DNA from: Sphingopyxis sp.
GTDB taxonomy: Bacteria; Pseudomonadota; Alphaproteobacteria; Sphingomonadales; Sphingomonadaceae
Direction: 5' to 3'
Assembly (NCBI GenBank): GCA_013821905.1
Contig: PNJO01000001.1
Location: 5,989 to 69,988 of the forward strand
Length of the DNA: 64,000 nucleotides
The position numbers and the translations under genes were made by a program. This document shows, one piece after another, positions 1 through 8,339 of the stretch; position 1 is the stretch's first letter, and every line of letters starts with the position of its first letter. The notes under the pieces were generated by a model, which searched no databases, was not told the DNA's origin, and saw only the letters and a program-made list of their open reading frames with translations.

Positions 1-145
1 CTGCCGATTAGTCGGCGGTCAGCCCCGATTCTCGCTTTGCCTTGGTGACGCGGCCTCGCGATAGAGACCACATGTTGGAGGGCGAGGGGATGACGATGTT
101 CCCCTTTTCTTCTTCTCTGATCTTCCGTACAGAGGTCTGGCTGAC

Positions 146-577
146 TTGGCCCTTATTTTCGCTTGGCCCTTTGCGGGTGCAGGTTCGGAAGGCGGGGACC
201 ATCGCGTGGCGATGAGCCTCGCGGTGCAGGTCGATGCTTCGGCGACACTGATCGTCGGCGCTTCGCCTGGAACACCGGGCGATGTCAGCCGCGAGACCAT
301 CACACGGGTAAATCCCGATCTCATAATCTGGATCGCCGACAGCGCAGTCGGTCGCCTGGCTCAAGCATTGAAGCTGAGCGACCCCAAGCTCGTGGTCCGG
401 CTCGATCCCCAAGTGATCGCCGCCCGCTATCTTCTCTGGCATCGCTATCTGCCGTCCAGCACGAACGACGTCGTGGAATCGATCAAGCCAGGCCGCAGCC
501 ATGTACGCAAGGCTTTGCGAGCGAAGCTCACGGAGGCGGAGTTAGTACGACATCGGACCCGCTACTACCCGGAGTAG
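146..577 (+). CDS. hypothetical protein (weak call)
   Basis: 143-aa ORF with ordinary amino-acid composition, ending 10 nt before the next + strand ORF. It competes with an overlapping 164-aa - strand ORF (8..502). Third-position GC over a 60-nt sample did not separate the two. No recognisable motif. Confidence 0.3.
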   Translation: MALIFAWPFAGAGSEGGDHRVAMSLAVQVDASATLIVGASPGTPGDVSRETITRVNPDLIIWIADSAVGRLAQALKLSDPKLVVRLDPQVIAARYLLWHRYLPSSTNDVVESIKPGRSHVRKALRAKLTEAELVRHRTRYYPE

Positions 578-937
578 AAGAAAGGCTTGAGCAACCCGGC
601 GAGCACCGCACATCAGGATACGGGTTGCGCCCGAACGCATAGGTTTGTCAGGATCGGGATCGACTTTCGACGCCGGCGCCTTCACATCCCGGTCATGACG
701 CATCCATTTTCCTCAGGGCACAAGGCGCTGAGCTGCACGGGCTTTCCCAAAGGCTTTCAGCATCTGTCTGGTGTAACGACAATCAGCGCGACACGGCTCG
801 CGCTGGCTCGATCGCTCATCACACTCGGACCAAGCCACCGGGCGCACCATCTGAGCGGGCCGTTCTGGTGGTCGCTGCGGGGTGTCGCGACTATCTACAG
901 CCTGCTTTCATCCGATCTTTTCCCTACCCCTGGCTTC

Positions 938-1735
938 ATGCATCTGACGTCGTCCCAAAGGAAAACCGACGCGTTTATCCTGGGCGAGGCCCTGACTCAT
1001 TGGTTTGCGCAAACCCACCTCAAGGCCCGCGTCGTGGTACCGCTCGAAGCGCATACGGGGTCATGGATTCCCGCTCAGGTCGCCGCGCCATATCCCAAGG
1101 ACATGCCGAAATATTTCAGGCACCCCGTGAAGGCGGGCATCAAATCGGAACCCGATTTTCTCGCCTTCTCATCGCCTGGCCAAGTTCATGTCCTGGAGAG
1201 CAAAGGCCGAGCCGGATTCAATGCTTACGGCGTTACCGAGAAGGAAATCAACGCCGCGCGCAACAAGGCGCTTCGGCAGGCTTGCAAAGTTGCGTCCGTG
1301 AATGGGATTCCTCCCGTTACCCGAACAGCGTGCGTGTTCGGCTTCGATCAATCCGGCCTGATAGGCCAAATTACCGACCCGCCCGAATACCGTTCCTCCC
1401 ATTATCTTGGAGAATGGCAACAGCTTATCCGCCAAGCTTACGCAACGGTATTGGACCCCCTTTTCGAAGGCTCGGCTCGCGACATCGGTGGCAACTATAT
1501 CGGGATCGAATTCATGCCAGGCTGGAAGTTCGGCATCGATAAGCATCTCTACAAGCTCGTCCGCAGCGTGAACAACGCCCAATCTGCTGGCGACCTCTTC
1601 AGCTTTCTAGAGGACTTCACGCCCGATGGCGACGGTGCAAGCCGGCGTGAAGAGCGAAGCGTTGGCAATGATGGCCTGATCCTTATTGGCGGTCCCGATT
1701 ACTCCGAGAAGGCATGGTACCGCGAGATCGGCTGA
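938..1735 (+). CDS. hypothetical protein with PD-(D/E)xK (restriction-endonuclease-fold) signature
   Basis: The ORF is open from 587, but the first 117 codons are Arg/His/Ser-rich and look non-coding. The first convincing start is ATG 938 (MHLTSSQRK). It contains SEPDFLAFSSPGQVHVLESKGR, a PD...ExK motif. No obvious RBS, so the start is uncertain. Confidence 0.6.
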   Translation: MHLTSSQRKTDAFILGEALTHWFAQTHLKARVVVPLEAHTGSWIPAQVAAPYPKDMPKYFRHPVKAGIKSEPDFLAFSSPGQVHVLESKGRAGFNAYGVTEKEINAARNKALRQACKVASVNGIPPVTRTACVFGFDQSGLIGQITDPPEYRSSHYLGEWQQLIRQAYATVLDPLFEGSARDIGGNYIGIEFMPGWKFGIDKHLYKLVRSVNNAQSAGDLFSFLEDFTPDGDGASRREERSVGNDGLILIGGPDYSEKAWYREIG

Positions 1736-2138
1736 CGGATCGATGAAAACGTCACCGCAGTAGTCCCGCTCCACGGCGCCGACCTATCATGCAACGGCAG
1801 CTGTGCTTGGGACGCCCGGTCCGTGTGCTGTCGGGATATACCTCGGCGGCGGTGTGTAGTGGACGCCAGCGATCGATGGGCACAAACCTGTAGCGTGCAA
1901 CGGATAGCACCGCCGGGGCATCCGTTCTTGAACGAGCCCATTTATGGCGGCGTGATGCTCGGTGCCTGTCCCGAATGAGCGGTATCGAACGCTATATCCG
2001 GCAACCCGCGACATATTTCGGTAATGAGGGAACGCGCGATGCGTTCGATCGCTGCGGCGCGTTAAATGAGGAAGGAAGGATCCGTACCCTAGGCGGGTTC
2101 CATAAGGGCGAATGATGATCCCGGCTTTTGCCGAGGTC

Positions 2139-2390
2139 TCAGCGTCCCAGCGTGACCGCGACGGGGCAATGATCCGACACATGCTTCTCGCCCGCCGCGT
2201 AGCGCGTCTCCTCGAACGTCGCGAGGTCCGCACCGGCACGCTTGTGGAGCACGATATGGTTGATGAAGCTGTCGTAGCGCGGATCGCACCCCGGCGGCGT
2301 GCCGGCGTCGGCAAGACGCAAGTCGGCGTTCGCGGGATCACCGTCGTCGATCTCGCTCCAGACGCTATCGCCGGCGAGCGCGAGCCGGCG
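2139..2390 (-). pseudogene. C-terminal remnant of an endonuclease/exonuclease/phosphatase (EEP) family gene
   Basis: The last ~83 codons of - ORF 2139..2795 read ...RYDSFINHIVLHKRAGADL...GEKHVSDHCPVAVTLGR*, which match the EEP C-terminal IDHIL-like and SDHxPV motifs. The upstream part of the ORF is antisense to the next fragment and looks like junk, so the N-terminal catalytic part is absent. Confidence 0.55.
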
Positions 2391-2399
2391 GTTCGTGCC

Positions 2400-2720
2400 A
2401 TGCGCCCGTCCGCATCCGACCTCGCCCGCGCACTGGCGCGCGAAGCCGAGCGCGTCTGCCGCCATTTTCTGCGTCGGGGGCGCCGCGAAGGCCGCTACTG
2501 GCTCGTCGGCGATGTCCATGGCAGCCTGGGGCGCAGCCTCTATGTGCGGCTCTCGGGTCCCGACCATGGCGGCGGTGCCGCGGGCAAATGGACCGACGCC
2601 GCGACGGGCGAGCATGGCGACCTCCTCGATCTCATCGCGCTTCAGCTCGGTCACCATCGATTGTCCGATACCCTTGAAGCCGCGCGGCACTTTCTTGCGC
2701 TGCCGCGCGAACGGCCGGGA
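2400..2720 (+). pseudogene. N-terminal remnant of an ICE/plasmid toprim-type (DUF7146-like, primase-related) gene
   Basis: The fragment starts at ATG 2400: MRPSASDLARALAREAERVCRHFLRRGRREGRYWLVGDVHGSLGRSLYVRLSGPDHGGGAAGKWTDAATGEHGDLLDLIALQ. From memory this matches the conserved N-terminus of ~300-aa toprim-domain proteins of conjugative elements. After ~105 codons the text turns Gly/Arg-rich and no toprim domain follows. Confidence 0.65.
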
Positions 2721-2847
2721 GGGGGGGGCGGCATCGGCGTGCTGCCGCGGGGTCGCCTTTCCGGGGAGCGGGATCAGTGCCAATCTCGTCGACAAGGCGC
2801 GCGCGATGGGGCTAGGCGTCTGGCGGCAGGACTAGCCGCCTCACGCT

Positions 2848-3723
2848 TCATTCGCCGACAGCGGCCGAATCCTCGTCGCGATCATCGCCGCCGCCCGCGC
2901 TGTTTGCGTCAGGCTGCGGCGTGAACCAGTCTTCGCCGATCGACACGGCTTCCACCTTGATCGTCTCGACACGGTATGGCGCGCAGGTGACGACATCGAC
3001 CGCCGCCGGATCGAACACCGCGATATTATAGCCCTCAGCATCGCCGAAATGGCTCTTGTACGCGATCGCATCATAGCCCCCTGCGCGAAAGAGCTCAGCG
3101 AGGATCTGCGTTGGCACATAATCGGCGGCGTCGTCCGAAACCGTCACCGGACGCGAAAAGGCGTTGTCGATATCGGTCCAAACCGCGGTCTTCTTCTCAG
3201 CAGCGCTCAGGGGTGGACCCCCCATCACATGCGAGAAGACCGGTCCCGCGAAGGACGACTGACCGTGGCCAAGCGAGAGATCGAGCGTGCGCAGATCGCG
3301 CAGCAGCCTGCAGCGTGCGACCGACACGTCGGCCCCGACCCACGGACGCACCTCCGACACGACGGTGTCGACCGTGCTTCCGAGATAGAGGACCGGGATA
3401 CCAGCCGGGTTGGCGCGGCCTTCCCGCGCGCGCCGCGGCAGCGGCTTCATACGGGCGGGACCATGGCCATAGATGGATTCGCCGGTCCAATTGCCATCGG
3501 CATCATGATGGTCTTCATAGACCACCCCGCGCTGCGCGCGAAAAAAGTGACGCCCCGCCTGCAGGACCTGGTCGCGCTGCGTGATCGTCGCGACGACGGT
3601 GTCCAGAAACGCCTGGATCGCTCCGCTCCAGATGTAGCGATTGCCATGCCGCACCCGCTCGGCGAAATCGGCATAGCTTCGCCACGATGCAAATTCGGGA
3701 ATGGCGGGATCGTCGAGCTCCAT
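2848..3723 (-). CDS. RES-domain protein (putative NAD+-targeting toxin/effector) with extra N-terminal region
   Basis: 291 aa. GRANPAGIPVLYLGSTVDTVVSEVRPW supplies the R and E, and DAIAYKSHFGDAEGYNIAVF supplies the S, in RES-domain order. No Xre/DUF2384 gene is adjacent. Confidence 0.8.
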   Translation of the reverse strand: MELDDPAIPEFASWRSYADFAERVRHGNRYIWSGAIQAFLDTVVATITQRDQVLQAGRHFFRAQRGVVYEDHHDADGNWTGESIYGHGPARMKPLPRRAREGRANPAGIPVLYLGSTVDTVVSEVRPWVGADVSVARCRLLRDLRTLDLSLGHGQSSFAGPVFSHVMGGPPLSAAEKKTAVWTDIDNAFSRPVTVSDDAADYVPTQILAELFRAGGYDAIAYKSHFGDAEGYNIAVFDPAAVDVVTCAPYRVETIKVEAVSIGEDWFTPQPDANSAGGGDDRDEDSAAVGE

Positions 3724-3945
3724 CGTCTCTCCTTCTCATCGGGTGCGGTGATCGTGTCGGCGCGTGAGCGGCGAACATCGCAGCCCTAACACCCCCTGCG
3801 TGCGCGTTGAAGGCGTTCAGCATGGAGGGGCGGGGGTTTTGCCAGCATTGCTGGAAGTGGATCAAATGGCACTTTGCCGGCGCGCCCGGCTCGGGCACAA
3901 GCCGGCCATGCGTCACCAGCTTTCTTCAGCATCCGGGCACCAGCC

Positions 3946-6900
3946 ATGACGATCGCGCCCATCGATCGCAGCATCAGCAAGGTCGGACCCGACAACGGAG
4001 CGTCGGCCCGTCTGTCCGAGCAACGCGCGCTGCCGCGCTACGTCCTCCTCGGCGAACCTGGCATCGGCAAATCGACCGCCTTCGCGCAAGAGGCCGCCGC
4101 CGCAGGCACGGTCCCGGTGCGCGCGGCCGATTTTGTCGAAGGAACCCGTCCGGCTGGTCCGACGCTCTTCATCGATGCGCTCGAGGAATATCGCATCGGC
4201 GAGGACGGGATCGACCGCCTGCGATCGCTCGTCCAGGCGCTCGCCGAGTCGGGGTATGCCGGTTGGCGGATCGCCTGCCGCGCCATCTCTCTCAAACCGC
4301 CCGATGCCCGTCTGCTGACGGAAAAGCTCGGCGCCTACGCCACGCTCCAGCTCGAGCTCCTCGACCGCTTCGAACAACGCGCGCTGCTCGCGGCGCGCGA
4401 TGAAGCCGATCCCTCGGGATTCATCGAGCGCATGCACGGCCTTGGCGCGGGCGCTTTGCTCGGCAACCCCGCGACACTGCTTCTCCTCAAGGACACGATC
4501 GACGCGGCCGCGGTGCCGCTCGACACGCGCGCCGCGCTGTTCGGCGAAGCGGCGCGCCAGATGAGCCATGAGGTCAATCCCGACCATCCCGAACGCGCCG
4601 ATCGTCCGCCGCCGCCGCTGATCGAGGCTGCCGCCGAAGCGGCGTCCCTCATCCTGCTGCTGTCGGGCCGCGACGATCTGTGGATGTATTCGACGAACCC
4701 GCCGCACCCGCATGTCGTTACGCGCGGCGACCTGCTGCCGGCGCGCATCGACACCGAGGCGCTACGCGCTGCGGTCGATACCGCAATGTTCAAGAGCGAC
4801 AGCGTGACCTTCCAGCCGAGCCACCGCGTCATCGCCGAGTTTCTCGCGGGCCGGGCGCTCGCGCGCGCCGTCGTTCCGCCCGATCCGGCGACCCCGGGGC
4901 TGCCGATTTATCGCGCGCTCGCCTTCTGCAACGGCGACAACGACCGCCCGGCGCCTGCGCTCACCGGTGTCTTTGCCTGGTTCGTCGCTGCGCTCGCGCA
5001 GTCGCGCTTGCCCGATCTGGCCGCGCCGCTTCTCGCTATCGACCCCGAGGCGGTTCTGTTGCACGGCGACGCGGCGGCGCTCCCCACCGCGCAGCGCCTA
5101 CGCCTCCTCGATCTTGTTGGCCGCGGCGATCCCTGGTTTCTTGCCGCGGTGCGCGGATCAAGCGCGGTCGGCGGCCTCGCGGGTGAGGACATCGCGCCCG
5201 CGCTTGCCACAATCCTCCTCGATCCTGCCGAAACCGTGCACCGCCAGACGATGGTCCTCGAAGCGCTGGCGACCGGCCGGCGCGTCTCCTCGCTCGCGGA
5301 CGTGATAGAGACGATCGCGGTGACGCCGTCGGCCGACCATTATCGCCGGCGCCGCGCGGTCGACGCCTGGCTCCATATCGTCGGCGACACCCCCGGCGGG
5401 CGGCGGCACCTGCTCGACGCGATCGCCGCGGAGACCCCGGAGACGGCGGCCGATCTTCGTGTCGAGCTCGCCGCCGGCCTGCTGCGCGCTGAAGCTATTG
5501 GCGTCGAGGAGATCCGCACGATCATCGAGGATTATGCGACGACCGGCGATCAGGTGATGGGCTATGCGCGTGTCCTCGGGGTCGCGCTCGCCGACCATCC
5601 GCTACCAGCCCTCTTCGACCGCCCGATCGCCGTGCCATCCGAGCGCGGCGTCGCGCGCTCGTTCGAAATTCGGATGCTTGTCTCGCGCGCCCTCGGGGCG
5701 ACGATCGAGAAAACCGCCGAGCTTGACGCGGACCGCCTGCTATCGTGGCTGTTCAACACCGGCATCGACGACGAGCAACAGGTCGAGAACAAGGTTCAGG
5801 GCGCGATCGCGCATTGGCTCGATCGGGACGCAGGGCATGAAAAGGCGCTGTTCACCGCGCTTCACGCCGCTGTCCAGCAAGGCGACCAGCGGCTGTGGCG
5901 CGCCGACATGGACCTTCGCCGCTTCTCGGGCCGCAAACCCTCCGAGGCGCTGCGCACCGCCGCGATCGAAGCGGTCGAGGCCGAGGCCGACCCTGCGGCG
6001 CTCGCCGCCGCCGCGCAGCTTGGCTATCAACTCGTCCAGCCGTTCGACGAGCATGAAGCGCTCTATTGGCGCCTTTTCTCCGCGATCGAGGGGCAGGACG
6101 CCGCCGCCGACTGGTTCCGGGCGATGACCCTCAGCGAAATTCCCGAATATCAGCGCAAGCGCGCTGGAAAGAGGAAGGACGAGAGGGCGGCGATCGAGGC
6201 GGCCAATGCGAAGGATCGCGCGCTGCTTTCTGGCGATATCGACGGTCTGCGCGACGGGTCGAAGGAAGCCTGGCTCGGTTATGCCGGCGACATCTACAAT
6301 GGCTATCGCGGCAACGACGCGCCGAGCGGCACGGAGCGGGTGACGAACTGGCTTGGCGGCGATGCGATCCTCATCGCGGCGATCCGGGAGGGGTGGCAGC
6401 GCTTGCTTGCCGCGCGGGCCGTATCGCCGCAACTCGTCGGCGCGGCGACGACGCGCACGCAATGGCCGACCTCGGAGCTGATGATCATCGCCTGGGCGGA
6501 GTGGGAGCTGCTCGACGGTCATGCGCTCGACCTCAATGTGCCGCTCGCGCTCCATCTCCTGACCCACTGCTACGCCGGCAACGACAAGGGCGACGAACTG
6601 CGCGAGATCGCGCTTCGTCGTCTCTATGCCGATCCGGCGGGCGCTGACGCGATCCGGGATTTCTGGGTCGGCGCCATCGAAGCGGGCGCCGACGATCTGC
6701 CGCAAGCCCAATATCTCGATCCCAATCAACCCGTTGTCGCCGGCGCCATTGCCGCGCTGCTGCAAAGCGGCATCGCGATGCCGCCTGCCGCAGCGCGCGA
6801 GGCGCTCGAGCTGGCCGCGGTCTCGATGCCTCCCGGCGAGCTTCTCGGTATCGCCGAAGCCGCGCTCGCCGCGCCCGATCCCAAGGGCGCGCGCACGACC

Positions 6901-8118
6901 TGGGCGCTCGCTGCCTTCGCGCTCGATCCCGAACGCCACGAAGGCCTGCTCGCGAGCGATTTGAGCGGCGCCGAAGGCGAGGCCCTGTTCGGGCGTCTCT
7001 GGGACGGGCATCACGGGTTCCTTCTCGCGGCCGCCGCCGACAAGACCGTCGCGCGATCGGAGGCGCTGATCCGGCACGTCGGACCGGGCCAACAGCCACG
7101 CCGCGGTGGGCAAAAAGTGCACAAACTGTCCGAACTGGTTGCAGGCGCGCTCGTCCAGCTCGCGCAGGCCGCGACGCTCGAAGCCAGCGAGGCGCTCGCC
7201 CGCCTGATCGCCGAACCCTCCTTGGCGCATTGGCGCGAGACGCTGCGCCACCACCAGGAGGAACAGAAACGCGTTTGCCGCGAAGCGCGCTTCCTGCCGC
7301 CGCCGCCCGAAGCGGTCGCTTCAGCGCTTGCGGCGGGGCCGCCTGCGAACGCTGCCGACCTGCGCGCGCTCGTGCACCATGTGATCGAGGAGCTGGCGCG
7401 CGATATCCGCGATGGCGACACGTCTCCGTGGCGAAGCTTCTGGAATCGCCCGACGCGGGGGACCAACGGGCCCAAGGTCGAAAATGATTGCCGCGATATC
7501 CTCACCGACCGGCTTCGCGACCGGCTCGAGCGCTATGGCATCCCGGTCAAGCGCATGACCACCGAGGCGCGCAGCGCGAACGATCGGCGCGCCGACATGT
7601 TCCTCATTGGCGATGGCGCGGCGCGGCTGCCGGTCGAGGTCAAGCGCCACTGGAACAAGGAGCTCTGGACGGCGATCGACGATCAGCTCGTCGATTATGC
7701 GCGCTCGGGCGACAGCAGCGGCCACGGGATCTATCTGATCTTCTGGTTCGGGACCCAATGGGCGCTGCCCAGGCTCCCCGATGGCGGGCCGCTTCCGGAG
7801 ACGCCGCAGGCGCTGCAGGCGCTGTTGATCGAGCGGATGCCCGCGACGCTTCGCGAGACCATCGCGGTCGTCGTGCTCGACGTCTCCGAGCCGCCGTCAC
7901 GCGACAAGCCCAAACCGAAAGCGAAAGGAAAACCGGAACCGAGGCTGAAACTTGGATCAACGGCGCGAGCTACGGCGATGCCCACCGCAAAGGTCGCGAA
8001 GGACGCAAAAGCGTCGGCAACGCCCGCCCGCCGGACGAAACCCGCCGCTGTGAAAGCGCCGGTCAAAAGCCCCCGGGACAGTGCGAAGACGGCCGCGCCT
8101 GCCACCCGGAAACGTTGA
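3946..8118 (+). CDS. giant STAND/NACHT-like P-loop NTPase with helical repeat region and C-terminal PD-(D/E)xK nuclease-fold module
   Basis: First ATG is at 3946 (ORF open from TTG 3874). The first ~250 aa carry Walker A GEPGIGKST, Walker-B-like TLFIDALEEY, RIACR and GNPATLLLL. About 900 aa of Ala/Leu-rich helical sequence follow. The C-terminal VENDCRDIL...RRADMFLIG...LPVEVKRHWN is an E/D/ExK nuclease pattern. The last ~70 aa are Lys/Ala/Pro-rich. Confidence 0.8.
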   Translation: MTIAPIDRSISKVGPDNGASARLSEQRALPRYVLLGEPGIGKSTAFAQEAAAAGTVPVRAADFVEGTRPAGPTLFIDALEEYRIGEDGIDRLRSLVQALAESGYAGWRIACRAISLKPPDARLLTEKLGAYATLQLELLDRFEQRALLAARDEADPSGFIERMHGLGAGALLGNPATLLLLKDTIDAAAVPLDTRAALFGEAARQMSHEVNPDHPERADRPPPPLIEAAAEAASLILLLSGRDDLWMYSTNPPHPHVVTRGDLLPARIDTEALRAAVDTAMFKSDSVTFQPSHRVIAEFLAGRALARAVVPPDPATPGLPIYRALAFCNGDNDRPAPALTGVFAWFVAALAQSRLPDLAAPLLAIDPEAVLLHGDAAALPTAQRLRLLDLVGRGDPWFLAAVRGSSAVGGLAGEDIAPALATILLDPAETVHRQTMVLEALATGRRVSSLADVIETIAVTPSADHYRRRRAVDAWLHIVGDTPGGRRHLLDAIAAETPETAADLRVELAAGLLRAEAIGVEEIRTIIEDYATTGDQVMGYARVLGVALADHPLPALFDRPIAVPSERGVARSFEIRMLVSRALGATIEKTAELDADRLLSWLFNTGIDDEQQVENKVQGAIAHWLDRDAGHEKALFTALHAAVQQGDQRLWRADMDLRRFSGRKPSEALRTAAIEAVEAEADPAALAAAAQLGYQLVQPFDEHEALYWRLFSAIEGQDAAADWFRAMTLSEIPEYQRKRAGKRKDERAAIEAANAKDRALLSGDIDGLRDGSKEAWLGYAGDIYNGYRGNDAPSGTERVTNWLGGDAILIAAIREGWQRLLAARAVSPQLVGAATTRTQWPTSELMIIAWAEWELLDGHALDLNVPLALHLLTHCYAGNDKGDELREIALRRLYADPAGADAIRDFWVGAIEAGADDLPQAQYLDPNQPVVAGAIAALLQSGIAMPPAAAREALELAAVSMPPGELLGIAEAALAAPDPKGARTTWALAAFALDPERHEGLLASDLSGAEGEALFGRLWDGHHGFLLAAAADKTVARSEALIRHVGPGQQPRRGGQKVHKLSELVAGALVQLAQAATLEASEALARLIAEPSLAHWRETLRHHQEEQKRVCREARFLPPPPEAVASALAAGPPANAADLRALVHHVIEELARDIRDGDTSPWRSFWNRPTRGTNGPKVENDCRDILTDRLRDRLERYGIPVKRMTTEARSANDRRADMFLIGDGAARLPVEVKRHWNKELWTAIDDQLVDYARSGDSSGHGIYLIFWFGTQWALPRLPDGGPLPETPQALQALLIERMPATLRETIAVVVLDVSEPPSRDKPKPKAKGKPEPRLKLGSTARATAMPTAKVAKDAKASATPARRTKPAAVKAPVKSPRDSAKTAAPATRKR

Positions 8119-8339
8119 TCGGTAGCTTGCCATCAGTCCCGGGCGCAGCGCTGAAGAACAGGTTCGGATTGCGCCAGTATTCGCTGCGTCCGCGGGGCCG
8201 GGATAGCTCCTATAAGCGATGCTCTGTTTGGCCTTCGCCAGTCGGGCGCGTAGCGGCAGGACATCATGCTGTGGGGCTGGATTAGTCTCTGCCTTGGCGA
8301 GGGATTTTCGTTGAGATGCGGCGCTGCTAGAAGGCAGCC

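Noticed and set aside
8-502. 164-aa - strand ORF overlapping the 146..577 + ORF
   Set aside because: No motif, and parts of it are Arg/Cys/His-rich. Sampled third-position GC could not separate it from the + ORF, so I kept the + ORF only at low confidence because it is co-directional with the next gene. Either or neither may be real.
1787-2401. 204-aa - strand ORF and other ORFs in 1740-2140
   Set aside because: The translations are Arg/Ser/Thr/Pro-rich with no motifs. They overlap the EEP remnant in another frame and look like non-coding or decayed DNA.
5740-7254. 504-aa - strand ORF (and other ORFs) inside the 3946-8118 gene
   Set aside because: It is antisense to a motif-bearing gene, and its Arg/Gly/Ala-rich text is typical of high-GC shadow ORFs.
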